Shown here piece by piece: positions 42,783 through 52,962 of a stretch of 64,000 nucleotides of DNA. How positions within the stretch are numbered: the first letter of the stretch is position 1; every line of letters starts with the position of its first letter. The position numbers and the translations under genes were made by a program. The DNA lies in contig CAVUVW010000013.1 of assembly GCA_963745035.1 (NCBI GenBank), positions 416,001 through 480,000 of the forward strand. The letters are read 5' to 3'. This DNA is from an uncultured delta proteobacterium (lineage in GTDB: Bacteria; Desulfobacterota; Binatia; UBA9968). A model generated the notes under the pieces. The model searched no databases. It worked only from the letters and a program-made list of their open reading frames with translations, and was not told the origin of the DNA.

Positions 42783-44594
42783 TAGCAGACTTTCCGCATA
42801 GACAAAGATCGTGATCACCGCGAACATCTGCAAGATGATCGGGGTGATTTCCTTGATCCATTGAATCGGCGTGTAATGTTCGTCGACATCCCGGCGGATA
42901 AACGCGAAAGCCACGACGGATTGCGCCGAGCCGATATGCGTCCAACAGCCGCCGAGCGCGTAACCGGCGATCTGCGCCATCGCGAATAAGTGCATAATCG
43001 TTACGTCCAACCGCTGGAGCGCCCGGGAGGCGAAATCCGCCACCACATTGTTGTCCAGAATCGCAGAAAGGAACGTGCAGCCCACGAATTGCGCGAACGC
43101 GACATGGCCATGCCCCAGGACCTGGACGCCTTCGCGAATCAGCACCTGGAGCACGTCGAAGAATCCCGCTTTGGTCAAGAGCGTTATCGAGAGAAACAGC
43201 GGAAAGAGAAAATAATACTCGGCAAATTCATGCCGCGCTTCGCGCAAAGCAAGCCCGCGCATCTTCGGGATATTCCAAATGCCAAGCAGCGCGACACAAA
43301 AGCCGGCCAAGGATGCTAAGAAAAGCGGCACGTTATGATTGATTCCATGGGCGATGAGAAAGCCGATGAACGGCACCAGCGCCAACGCGCCGATTTTTTG
43401 CGCCCATCGCCTGCGCCTGGCAAAGCTCGCGATCGTCGCATCGACGCTTTTTCCCGCCTCGAGCGCGCCGCGCTGGTCGCCGGCGGCATCGAGCACATAA
43501 TGGCGATCGAGCGGATCCGCGAGCTCTTCGCTAACGAAGTGGCCTAACAATTTTTTGCGCGTCTCGGGCGCAACATTTTCATGAACGAGAGCAATGCCCA
43601 ACGATTCGCCGGCACGCAGGCGTTCGATCACACGATCGGCCTTTTCTCCAAGCTCGGCGGCGCTCGCTTCGACAAGCTCAACGCCGCTCAAAACCTCCCC
43701 GTGGCGCGACGCCTGGAGAAAGCGTACATCTTCCGCGTTAGCATCGACCACATCCATGGCATCCAGATGGATGCGGCCGCCAGCAATCTTGCGCTTCAGT
43801 TGCCAGGCGATGATCAGATAGCACGCCACGGCAATCGGCGCGCAGTAACGTAGAAAAAAAACGTCGTCAAGAAACGGCTGCAAGTTCGCTTTCATGATCA
43901 AATTGGGCGGCTCGCCGTAAGCCAGCCAGATGCCGCATATCGTCGTCACCGCCGTGCATACCATGACCGCATGCCGGATGGCGGCGGTCGGCGCTGCCGC
44001 CAACATCATGATGATCGTGAGAGTACGGATCGTTAATCCGATCATAGAAACGCCGTCGAGAATTCCCGAGGCAAAAGCGACCACAGCGGTAACTGAAATC
44101 ACCGTGGGCAAGATACGGCCCCCATACCGATGCAGCAGATAGAATGTGATTCCTTCGAGCAGCCGGGTTTGGGCGATCACCGCGACAAAAAAGGTCAGGC
44201 CGAGAATGAACAGCATCGTGTCGGCATGAATCAGGTCATCCAGGCCGTGAAATGAGAACAGATTGCGCCAAGCCCAGGTCCACCAGCCGCCCTCGGCAAT
44301 TTCCCCATGCCATTGAGAAGTCGCTAAGCCGCAAAAAGTCGCCACGATGACGAGCAGCATGCCGTAGGTGAGAGCGTTTTTGTGAATCTGATAGCGAAAC
44401 GAGCCGAACAGAAACAGGCCAAGAATCGTCGCAAAGACTTCGCCGGCCAAAAGGCCGAGCGGCAGGGTGACAACTCTGCCCGCTGCAAACAACGCGGCGG
44501 CGAGGACGGCGCAGCCGAAAAGAAATCGTTTTTCAGAGATCATCACGACGCTGGCGACGTCGTTTTCGGCGGTATTCGGCTCAATCGTGGACAT
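42774..44594 (-). CDS. Ion transporter (IT) superfamily permease (ArsB/NhaD/NhaB/SLC13-like)
   Basis: Multiple TMs; ASGILDGVS, GEPPNLI, LSAILDNNVV, LGGCWTHIGSAQSVVA. Confidence 0.8.
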   Translation of the reverse strand: MSTIEPNTAENDVASVVMISEKRFLFGCAVLAAALFAAGRVVTLPLGLLAGEVFATILGLFLFGSFRYQIHKNALTYGMLLVIVATFCGLATSQWHGEIAEGGWWTWAWRNLFSFHGLDDLIHADTMLFILGLTFFVAVIAQTRLLEGITFYLLHRYGGRILPTVISVTAVVAFASGILDGVSMIGLTIRTLTIIMMLAAAPTAAIRHAVMVCTAVTTICGIWLAYGEPPNLIMKANLQPFLDDVFFLRYCAPIAVACYLIIAWQLKRKIAGGRIHLDAMDVVDANAEDVRFLQASRHGEVLSGVELVEASAAELGEKADRVIERLRAGESLGIALVHENVAPETRKKLLGHFVSEELADPLDRHYVLDAAGDQRGALEAGKSVDATIASFARRRRWAQKIGALALVPFIGFLIAHGINHNVPLFLASLAGFCVALLGIWNIPKMRGLALREARHEFAEYYFLFPLFLSITLLTKAGFFDVLQVLIREGVQVLGHGHVAFAQFVGCTFLSAILDNNVVADFASRALQRLDVTIMHLFAMAQIAGYALGGCWTHIGSAQSVVAFAFIRRDVDEHYTPIQWIKEITPIILQMFAVITIFVYAESLLLE

Positions 44595-44902
44595 GGCGCT
44601 TTGGCCGTTTGCGTGCCGGCAATTTGTCGAGCATTAACATGGCGCGCGCGCAAAACAAGCGCCGATGCGGGGTCCAGACGCGATCATGCAAGCTTAAAAC
44701 TAGCCGGGATGAATTTCGCTACGAACAGGAGCGCCTTCATGAGGAAAGCGCGAGCTCCTGTGTAAGAGGGAATTTCACTTTCGTCTGAAGTCTCTCCTGC
44801 GTAGGATCGAACGGAGAGGAATTTCAACTATCGCCGAGAGAGGCATTAACGCGAACACATGGACTAGCGCCCGTTCCTACCTGAACGGCGGCCGTAACGC
44901 GC

Positions 44903-47182
44903 CTAGTCGCGCCGATCCGACTTGCCCTCGAGCGGCGCCAGCAGCGCGCGCAGCAGGCCGATCACTTCATTGCTGTTACGAATGTTGTACTGCGCATGGG
45001 TTGCCGACATGCCGACCCGAATGGAGAAGGCGGAATCAGGCAGCGCTCTGAAGAAATCCTCGTCGGTGGTGTCGTCGCCGATGCCAAGGATGAAGTCGTA
45101 ATCGTCATGACCCATCCAAGTTAACGCGGCGCCGCCCTTATTGACGCCGGCGTGGCGAACCTCCACGACCTTATCGCCCTGAACCACCTGGAGGTCGGTT
45201 TTGGCGATGAGTTTCAGAAGATGATCGATCAACTCCGGGGCGCAAAGCCCCGCCTGTTCCGGGTCCGCCATACGGTAGTGCCAGGCGACCGATTCCTCCT
45301 TGTCTTCGACCAGCGCGCCGGGCAGCCGGTCGGCATAGGTTTCGAGAATCGGCAGCAACTCGCGCTTCCACTCACTCGCCAGGGGCTTGGCCCGGCGCCA
45401 AGGTTGATCGGCCAACTTGAGCCAAGCGCCATGCTCCGCCACCAAGCCGAGAGGCAAGTCGCCGAGCCACTCGTCGAGCGTGCGGCGGTCGCGGCCGCTG
45501 GCGACGACCACGGTATTTTCCGGCTCCGCGGCAAGCGCGCGCAAGAGATCGCGTCTGGTGGGATCGAGTCCCGCCAATCCCGGATGACGAACAAGCGGCG
45601 TCAGCGTGCCGTCATAGTCCAGAAAGAACAAGCGGCGGCGGCTGGCGCGATAGCGCGCGACGATTTCCTGGCGCGCGGCGGGAGACAGCAGCTTGAACTC
45701 GATGCGGCCTTGCACCTCGCGCATGCCGAGCAGAGTCGCGAGAAAATCGCCCGCCCACCGCGTCACGTTGTAGCGCCTGAGCCGCCGCTGCATGAGGCGG
45801 TGGCGTTTCTGTTGCTCGGGCAGCGGCATTCTCAGCGCGTCTTTGAGCGCCCCGGCGATCTCGCCGCGGTCGTTCGGGTTGATAATGATCGCCTCGGGCA
45901 GTTCCTTGGCGGAGCCGGCCATCTCGCTCAGAATCAGCACCCCGCCGTCGGCTCGCGTGGAAACATATTCCTTGGCGACGAGATTCATGCCGTCGCGCAG
46001 CGGGGTCACCAGGCAAACATCGCTGACCGCGTAAAGCGCCGCCAGCGAGGAAAAGGCCACCTGGCGGTATTGATAGACCACCGGCGTCCAACCAACCCGC
46101 CCAAAGCGGCCGTTGATTTTGCCGACCAACTCCTCGATCTGGCGCTTCATGACCTCGTATTGAACGACGCCGATGCGCGAGGGCACGACGACCATCAACA
46201 AGGCCACCTTGCCGTGATGCTCCGGACAGTTTTCGAGAAATAGCTCATAACCTTCCAGCCGGTTCGATATGCCCTTCGAATAATCCAGCCGATCAACCGA
46301 AAGGATCAGCTTCATCCCGGCGATCGCGGTCTTGAGTTCGCGTATTTCCCGCTCGGTTTCATCGCCGCGCGGGGCGCCGGAGAATTTTTCGACGTCAATC
46401 CCCATCGGAAAGGTATCCACCCGCACCACGTGGTCCGGCGCCAACACCTGGCTCATTTGATGCTCGTAGCCGAGTATTCGCAGCACGCATTGCAGAAAGT
46501 GGTGCGCGTACTCGTAGGTGTGAAAGCCGACGAGGTCGGCGCCCAAAAGTCCCTCCAGGATGTCGCGGCGCCATTCGCCCGGCAGCAGGCGGAACACCTC
46601 GAATGACGGAAAAGGAATATGCAGAAAAAACCCGACCGTCAGTTGCGGCAAGCGAGCTTTGAGAAACCGCGGCAGCAGCATCAAATGATAATCGTGCACC
46701 CACACGACGTCGTCGGGCCGAAGAATCGTCTCCAGCGCATCGGCGAACAACTGATTGATCTGTTTGTATTGTTCCCAAAACGACGCTTGGTACAGCGCGA
46801 AAGACGGGAAATAGTGGAACAGCGGCCAGATCGTCGCGTTGCAAAACCCGAGATAAAACCGCTCCATCTGCTCTTCGGTAAGAAACACCGGATAGGAGCG
46901 AAATCGCGCCAAGGATTCCTGAATGACTTGCTTTCGGAGCGACTCATCGATGCTGCCACCCGGCCAACCGACCCAGAGATGCTCGGCGGGAAGAGCCCCC
47001 GCTTGCTCGCGCGATTCACGAAACGAGGCCAGTCCGGTAACCAAGCCGCCGGCGCTCGGATGAAACAGCGGGCGGCCTTCTTGGATTTCGACGTTGAAAG
47101 GCAAGCGGTTCGATACGATCACCAATCGCCGCCCGCTCAACTCCGCCGCCCCGTTGGTTTTTGCTATGGAAGGCTCCGTCAC
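44903..47182 (-). CDS. otsAB: Bifunctional trehalose-6-phosphate synthase/phosphatase
   Basis: VSNRLP, WVHDYHL, FFLHIPFP, DRLDYSKG, RDGMNLVAKEY; HAD domain DYDGTL, GDDTTDED; start (GTG 47182) uncertain. Confidence 0.94.
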   Translation of the reverse strand: MTEPSIAKTNGAAELSGRRLVIVSNRLPFNVEIQEGRPLFHPSAGGLVTGLASFRESREQAGALPAEHLWVGWPGGSIDESLRKQVIQESLARFRSYPVFLTEEQMERFYLGFCNATIWPLFHYFPSFALYQASFWEQYKQINQLFADALETILRPDDVVWVHDYHLMLLPRFLKARLPQLTVGFFLHIPFPSFEVFRLLPGEWRRDILEGLLGADLVGFHTYEYAHHFLQCVLRILGYEHQMSQVLAPDHVVRVDTFPMGIDVEKFSGAPRGDETEREIRELKTAIAGMKLILSVDRLDYSKGISNRLEGYELFLENCPEHHGKVALLMVVVPSRIGVVQYEVMKRQIEELVGKINGRFGRVGWTPVVYQYRQVAFSSLAALYAVSDVCLVTPLRDGMNLVAKEYVSTRADGGVLILSEMAGSAKELPEAIIINPNDRGEIAGALKDALRMPLPEQQKRHRLMQRRLRRYNVTRWAGDFLATLLGMREVQGRIEFKLLSPAARQEIVARYRASRRRLFFLDYDGTLTPLVRHPGLAGLDPTRRDLLRALAAEPENTVVVASGRDRRTLDEWLGDLPLGLVAEHGAWLKLADQPWRRAKPLASEWKRELLPILETYADRLPGALVEDKEESVAWHYRMADPEQAGLCAPELIDHLLKLIAKTDLQVVQGDKVVEVRHAGVNKGGAALTWMGHDDYDFILGIGDDTTDEDFFRALPDSAFSIRVGMSATHAQYNIRNSNEVIGLLRALLAPLEGKSDRRD

Positions 47183-47332
47183 AGGAATACTCTGCTTTGG
47201 TCGTTGGAAAGGCCGCGCCCTCGGGCAGCACATGCTACGCTGGCGGCGCTGCAGGTCCGCAACGCCCGTCCGGCGTTTATAATATCACTTCAAAACCGCC
47301 CTTCACAGAAGAGTACGGAAAAATCCTCCGCT

Positions 47333-47887
47333 CTACTTGCCGTGCGATTTGAGCAGCTCCGAAAATTGCTTGTGCAGTTTGTTCAACTTCGGCGGGATCG
47401 TGTACTGGCAGTAGGATTGAAAGGGATTGTTCGCGAAGAACTTTTGATGGTAGTCCTCCGCCGGATAGAACTCCGCCAGCGGCTCCAGCGTGGTCACGAC
47501 CGGATTGCGAAACGTCTTGGCATCGTCGAGCTCCCGAATGAACGCCGCTGCCTGCCGTTTCTGCTCGTCGTCGGTATAGAGAATCACTGAGCGGTACTGC
47601 GTGCCCGCGTCGTTGCCCTGGCGATTGAGGGTGGTCGGATCATGCGTGGCGAAAAAAACCGTCATCAAGTCGCGGAAAGAAATCTCCGTCGGGTCGAATT
47701 CAACCTTGATCACCTCCGCGTGCCCCGTCTGTCCCGAACAGACCTGCTCATAGGTAGGATTTTTCGTCGCGCCGCCGGCGTAGCCCGAGACCACCGAACG
47801 CACACCGCGCAGCTCGTCGAACACCGCCTCCGTGCACCAAAAACAGCCGCCGCCAAATACTGCCATTTCCTTTTTGCCGTTGATCAT
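47333..47887 (-). CDS. msrA: Peptide-methionine (S)-S-oxide reductase
   Basis: GGGCFWC, GHAEV, HDPTTLNRQGND.GTQYRS, FYPAEDYHQ. Confidence 0.96.
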   Translation of the reverse strand: MINGKKEMAVFGGGCFWCTEAVFDELRGVRSVVSGYAGGATKNPTYEQVCSGQTGHAEVIKVEFDPTEISFRDLMTVFFATHDPTTLNRQGNDAGTQYRSVILYTDDEQKRQAAAFIRELDDAKTFRNPVVTTLEPLAEFYPAEDYHQKFFANNPFQSYCQYTIPPKLNKLHKQFSELLKSHGK

Positions 47888-47949
47888 TTTCACCCCCAAT
47901 TCGCGAATGACTTCGGGCTACATGCTGAAATCAAACACTTTTCGCCGCC

Positions 47950-48819
47950 TCAAGCCAAGCCCTCGTTGTAATTGCTTTTGGGGACAAAATTGAAAAAGTG
48001 CCCCGAACCTTCAACGATGCGTTGCGAGTGGCGCGTCCCCGCGGGGATGTTTACCCCGACCGGACTTTCGACCACAATCTTCTCATCAAGAATCTGAAAC
48101 TCGATCTTCAAACCGGTGAGCTCCGGTCCGGTGCCGATGGCGATATGCTGTGTATCGCAGTTGTGGGCGTGCAGGTCGACATAATTGGCTTGGCTGGGCT
48201 GAACGTTCGAGACGCTGCGCACGACGGTGTAGAACCCCGCCTCGGGCTTAAGCTTGCCGTCGACGAACACATAGCGCACCCCCGGCGCCGCGTCGGTGTG
48301 ATATTTGATCTCGGTCGTCGGCCGCACCTCAGGAGGGAAAATATAGCCCGCATATTTGGCGAAATCGCGCGTTCCCTTTGCCAGATCGAACGATTTGTCC
48401 TCATGCGTATAGCCACGATCGCGAAATAGAACAGTGACCGTGCCCGCGCCGTTGGTGACCTTGTACTCGTGCACCGCGCCGGTGGGAATATACACGCAGG
48501 CGGGGGAGACGATCTTGTGCGCTTTCCCTTCGAAGATGATCTGTCCTTCCAAACCGCTGAGATCCCCATGATTGCCGATGAAATAATAAAACTCATCGGT
48601 GTTGTGGCAGTGCGGCACCTGATAATCCGGCACCGGTGACGGCAAATCCTTCGCTTCATGAATCGCCACGTAGATATTCGCTTCGGGGTGCGAGTCGCGA
48701 TTGATGAACACGTGGCGCTTTACCGGCAGCGCGCTAAGCTGGCGCAGCGGGCGCTTCTCTTCATGCTTGCCGCCCAGCGCCCCTGGCCGCGCTTTGGCGA
48801 TATATTTCGTCAGGTCCAT
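47950..48819 (-). CDS. Tandem-cupin hypothetical protein
   Basis: PHCHNTDEFYYFIG..SPACVYIPTGAVH and LHAHNCD..SPVGVNIPAGTRH. Confidence 0.72.
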   Translation of the reverse strand: MDLTKYIAKARPGALGGKHEEKRPLRQLSALPVKRHVFINRDSHPEANIYVAIHEAKDLPSPVPDYQVPHCHNTDEFYYFIGNHGDLSGLEGQIIFEGKAHKIVSPACVYIPTGAVHEYKVTNGAGTVTVLFRDRGYTHEDKSFDLAKGTRDFAKYAGYIFPPEVRPTTEIKYHTDAAPGVRYVFVDGKLKPEAGFYTVVRSVSNVQPSQANYVDLHAHNCDTQHIAIGTGPELTGLKIEFQILDEKIVVESPVGVNIPAGTRHSQRIVEGSGHFFNFVPKSNYNEGLA

Positions 48820-49046
48820 CGACAGATCCTCCGATCCCTTCACGTCGCGCACTACGGCACCATTATTTCCGCAAAATCTACAGAATCTTCACGCGCGCCA
48901 GCGTTAACGGATGCTAGGGATCGCATACCATTTCTCCCCTTTCGAATGCCAGCAGCGCATCCGGCCATACCGCGCCGAGCAATTCTTGACTTCCATTTAT
49001 GAACATGATTTTTCTCTTATTTCTACGAAGATTTAGGAGGACCAAT

Positions 49047-50519
49047 ATGGCCAAAATGTTAATCGCCGGTGAGCAGGTCGATTCGGACAGCGGGCAAATC
49101 ACCGAAGTCCGCAATCCGGCTACCGGGGAAGTTGTCGACACCGTTCCGAAAGGCACGATCACCGATATTCGCCGCGCCATCGACGCCGCCCAAGGCGCGT
49201 TAAAGAAATGGTCCACCATGGCGCCGTCGAAACGTGGCGCCGTTTTACTCGCCGCAGGCCACACGATCCTCCAGCAGGAAAAAGAGCTCGCCACCCTGCT
49301 CACCAAGGAGCAAGGCAAACCGATGCGCGAGTCGATTCTCGAAATCCGGCGCTTCGTTCACACTTTGGATCATTATGGGGGCATGGCCAAAACGATGCGC
49401 ACCAGCGCCGTTATGCTCGACACCGGCCGCCATGGGCTGGTGCTGCGCAAGCCTCTCGGCGTGTGCGGCTCCATCGTGCCATGGAATTTCCCGGTATCGC
49501 TGATGGGGAACAAGCTCGGTCCCGCCCTGCTCGCGGGCAACACCGTGGTCGTGAAGCCGGCGGGCACCACGCCCCTCACCGACCTGCGCACCTGCGAGAT
49601 TATCGACAAGGCGATTCAGGACGCGGGCGGCCCGAAGGGCGTGTTGAATGTTGTCACCGGGCCCGGCAGCGTCGTCGGTGAAGAGCTGCTGGTCAATCCG
49701 ACCGTGAGAAAAATCGGTTTTACCGGCGCTACCGACACCGGCCGCAGAGTCATGCAGTCGGCGGCGAAGGACTTCAAGCACGTGACCTTGGAGCTCGGCG
49801 GCAGCGATCCGATGATCGTCTGCGACGACGCCGATCTCGAGCGCGCCGTCAGCGCCGCTTCGGTGGGGCGGTTTTTCAACTGCGGCCAAGCCTGCCTGGC
49901 GGTCAAGCGGCTTTACGTCTTCGATAAGATCGCCGACGTCTTCATGGAAAAGCTCGTCGAAAAAGCCCGGAAGATCAGCGTCGGCAACGGGCTCAAGTCG
50001 GGTGTTTTGATGGGCCCGCTGCACACCAAAGACCAGCGCCAGGAGGTCGAAGAGCAGGTCGATGACGCGGTCAAACGCGGCGCCAAGGTCATCTTCGGTG
50101 CCCAGCGGCCAAAAGGCGACGACTACGACAAGGGCTTTTATCTGCAGCCAACCCTGGTGGCCGACGTTGACCCCGCTTCGCGCATGATCCAGGAAGAAGT
50201 ATTCGGCCCCGCGCTGCCGATCGTGCGCGTGAAGAACCTCGACCAAGCCATCGAGCAGGCCAACAGCTCGATCTTCGGCCTCGGCTCGTCGATCTGGACC
50301 AAAGACATCAACCGCGCGATGTACGGCGCGGAGAATATCGAAGCCGGTTACACCTGGGTCAATTCGGCGCAAATTATTTACGACGAGCTGCCCTTCGGCG
50401 GCGTCAAGCAAAGCGGGCTCGGCAAAGAGCACGGCGACGAGGCGATCGAGCACTACACCGATTCCAAGTCGGTCGTCATCGCCACCGAGACCGACTCGGA
50501 AATCATCGGAGGAGAGTAA
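49047..50519 (+). CDS. Aldehyde dehydrogenase family protein
   Basis: IVPWNFP, GFTG, LELGGSDP, FFNCGQAC, EEVFGP, PFGGVKQSGLGKE. Confidence 0.95.
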   Translation: MAKMLIAGEQVDSDSGQITEVRNPATGEVVDTVPKGTITDIRRAIDAAQGALKKWSTMAPSKRGAVLLAAGHTILQQEKELATLLTKEQGKPMRESILEIRRFVHTLDHYGGMAKTMRTSAVMLDTGRHGLVLRKPLGVCGSIVPWNFPVSLMGNKLGPALLAGNTVVVKPAGTTPLTDLRTCEIIDKAIQDAGGPKGVLNVVTGPGSVVGEELLVNPTVRKIGFTGATDTGRRVMQSAAKDFKHVTLELGGSDPMIVCDDADLERAVSAASVGRFFNCGQACLAVKRLYVFDKIADVFMEKLVEKARKISVGNGLKSGVLMGPLHTKDQRQEVEEQVDDAVKRGAKVIFGAQRPKGDDYDKGFYLQPTLVADVDPASRMIQEEVFGPALPIVRVKNLDQAIEQANSSIFGLGSSIWTKDINRAMYGAENIEAGYTWVNSAQIIYDELPFGGVKQSGLGKEHGDEAIEHYTDSKSVVIATETDSEIIGGE

Positions 50520-50577
50520 CGGAAAAGATCGAGGGATGGACGATAGAGGATCGCGATCCTCGACCATCGGCGGTTTC

Positions 50578-52119
50578 ATGAACCTCAATCTGCCCGACAT
50601 CTATAACGCCGCCACGACCTTCGTCGACGAAAATATCCGTCTAGGTCGGGGCGGCAAAGTCGCCATCTACTATCAAGATCGGAAAATCACCTACCAGGAA
50701 GTCTTTGAAAACGTCAATCGCAGCGGCAACGCGCTCAGGGATCTCGGCATCGAGATCGAAAACCGCGTCCTGGTGATCCTGCCGGACTCTCCCGAATTCG
50801 CCTACTGTTTTTTCGGCGCCATCAAAATCGGCGCGGTGGCCGTGCCGACCAATCCTTGGATGTTCGCCAAGGATTACGAGTATCTGATCAACGACAGCCG
50901 GGCGCGGGCGATCGTCGTTCACGAATCGGTTTTGCCCGAAATCGAGAAGATCTGGGACCGCACCCCTTTTTTGAAGCAGATCGTCGTCGTCGGAACACCG
51001 AAGGGTAAGGCGGTCTCATACGAAAGCCTGATCGCCAAGGCTTCCGACAAATTGGAAGCGGAGAAGACCACCCGCGATGACGTTTGCTTCTGGTGCTACA
51101 CTTCGGGGAGCACGGGAAATCCTAAGGGCGCGGTGCACCTGCAGCACGACATGGTCACGATCAGCGATCTGTTCGTCGAGCCGGTGCTGAAAATGAACGA
51201 AAACGACCTGTGCTTTTCTGCATCCAAGATGTTTTTTTCCTACGGGCTCGGCAACTCGCTTTATTTTCCTTTTCGCTTTGGCGCCTCGACCGTCCTTTGG
51301 CCGGAAAAGCCGGATCCGGAAAAAATTCTTCAAGTCATAGAGAAATACCGGCCGACGTTTTTTTTCTCCGTGCCGACCCTGTTCGCGCGCTTTCTGCGCA
51401 TCGAGAAGAAATACGACGTAAGCTCCCTGCGCGTCTGTTTGTCGTCCGGCGAGCCGCTGCCACCGGCGCTTTTCCACCAGTGGAAAGAGCGTACCGGATT
51501 GGAGCTCTTGGATGTGGTCGGCTCCACCGAGGCGACCCATGATTTTCTCGCCAACCGTCCGGGGCGGGCCAAAGCCGGCAGCAGCGGCGAGGTCACGCCG
51601 GCGTTCGAGGCCAAGATCGTCGACGACGACGGACGTGAGGTTCCAATCGGCGAGGTCGGTAACTTGATGGTCAAAGGCGACGCCAACGCGCCTTACTATT
51701 GGAATAAACACGAGCAGACCAAGCGCATGATGCAGGGCGAATGGCTTAAAACCGGCGACACCTATTACCGCGATGCTGAAGGCTATTATTGGTACTGCGG
51801 CCGGTCGGACGACATGATGAAAGTCGGCGGCCTGTGGGTTTCGCCGATCGAGATTGAAAATACCTTGATGGAGCATCCTGCCGTGCTGGAGTCCGGCGTT
51901 ATCGGCGATACAGATGCCGATGGCCTGCTTAAACCCAAGGCATTCGTTTTGCTGAAGAACGAATTCAAGCCGAGCGCTGAACTGCGCCAGGAGCTGCAGA
52001 ATCACGTGAAGAGCAAGCTCGCGCCCTACAAGTATCCCCGCTGGATCGAGTTCGTCGACGACCTGCCGAAAACCGTCACGGGTAAAATCCAAAGATTTCG
52101 CCTGCGCAACAAAAACTGA
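50578..52119 (+). CDS. Benzoate-CoA ligase family (aromatic acid-CoA ligase)
   Basis: YNAATTFVD, YTSGSTGNPKGAVH, SKMFFSYGLGNS, GSTE, GRSDDMMKVGGLWVSP, LPKTVTGKIQRF. Confidence 0.9.
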   Translation: MNLNLPDIYNAATTFVDENIRLGRGGKVAIYYQDRKITYQEVFENVNRSGNALRDLGIEIENRVLVILPDSPEFAYCFFGAIKIGAVAVPTNPWMFAKDYEYLINDSRARAIVVHESVLPEIEKIWDRTPFLKQIVVVGTPKGKAVSYESLIAKASDKLEAEKTTRDDVCFWCYTSGSTGNPKGAVHLQHDMVTISDLFVEPVLKMNENDLCFSASKMFFSYGLGNSLYFPFRFGASTVLWPEKPDPEKILQVIEKYRPTFFFSVPTLFARFLRIEKKYDVSSLRVCLSSGEPLPPALFHQWKERTGLELLDVVGSTEATHDFLANRPGRAKAGSSGEVTPAFEAKIVDDDGREVPIGEVGNLMVKGDANAPYYWNKHEQTKRMMQGEWLKTGDTYYRDAEGYYWYCGRSDDMMKVGGLWVSPIEIENTLMEHPAVLESGVIGDTDADGLLKPKAFVLLKNEFKPSAELRQELQNHVKSKLAPYKYPRWIEFVDDLPKTVTGKIQRFRLRNKN

Positions 52120-52190
52120 GGATCAAGAATCCGAAATCGCGATCCTCCATCCTCAATTTTCAATCGTCAACCCATTCTCAAGGAGCAACC

Positions 52191-52901
52191 ATGGCAGCCA
52201 ACCTCAAGGAATTAAAAGAAACCCTCGCCTACTCCTGCAATATCCTCGCGCACGAAGGCCACTGGGATAACATTCTCGGCCACGTTTCGGTGCGCATCCC
52301 CGGGCAGAATCGGATTCTCATGAAGCCGCACAGCTTCGGCTTCGAGGAAATTCGCCCGCAGCATATCATCGTCGTCGATATCGAGAGCGGCAAAAAGGTC
52401 GAAGGCAAGCACGAGCGGCACTCGGAGGTTTTTATTCATACCGAAATCATGAAGGCGCGGCCGGACGTGAATTGCGTGGTCCACTCCCATCCGCCATACG
52501 CCACCGCCTTCGGCGCGCTGGGCCAGAAACTCCGTCCGATCAGCCACGAGGGCAATATTTTTTACGAAGGCTTGCCGACCTTCGACTACACCACGGCGTT
52601 GATCCGCACGCCCGAACTGGGAGTCGAAGTGGCGAAAAGTCTGGGAAAATGCCGCGGCGTGCTGATGAAAAACCACGGCTCCACCGTGGTTGGCGAATCG
52701 ATCGAGGTAGCAACGCTCTACGCAGTGTTCTTAGAAAAGGCGGCGCGCATTCAATTGATGGCCATCGCCTCCGGCGATCCGTCCTGGACGAGTGACGAAG
52801 AAGCCGCGGTCAAGTACGAGCAGATCTACACGCCGCATCGTTTGGAATCCATGTGGGAGTATTTCGTGCGCCGCGCCAAAAAGTTTCGGAAATCCAGCTA
52901 G
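52191..52901 (+). CDS. Class II aldolase/adducin family protein
   Basis: GHVSVR, EVFIHTEI..RPDVNCVVHSHP, LMKNHG. Confidence 0.92.
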   Translation: MAANLKELKETLAYSCNILAHEGHWDNILGHVSVRIPGQNRILMKPHSFGFEEIRPQHIIVVDIESGKKVEGKHERHSEVFIHTEIMKARPDVNCVVHSHPPYATAFGALGQKLRPISHEGNIFYEGLPTFDYTTALIRTPELGVEVAKSLGKCRGVLMKNHGSTVVGESIEVATLYAVFLEKAARIQLMAIASGDPSWTSDEEAAVKYEQIYTPHRLESMWEYFVRRAKKFRKSS

Positions 52902-52962
52902 CCGACGCCTGGAAGCCTGCTACCAACGCTGGTGTTCTTGGACCGTATTTGAGTCCGAAGCG

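Noticed and set aside
44770-44830. Hammerhead ribozyme
   Set aside because: No CUGANGA...GAAA core with compatible stems on either strand.
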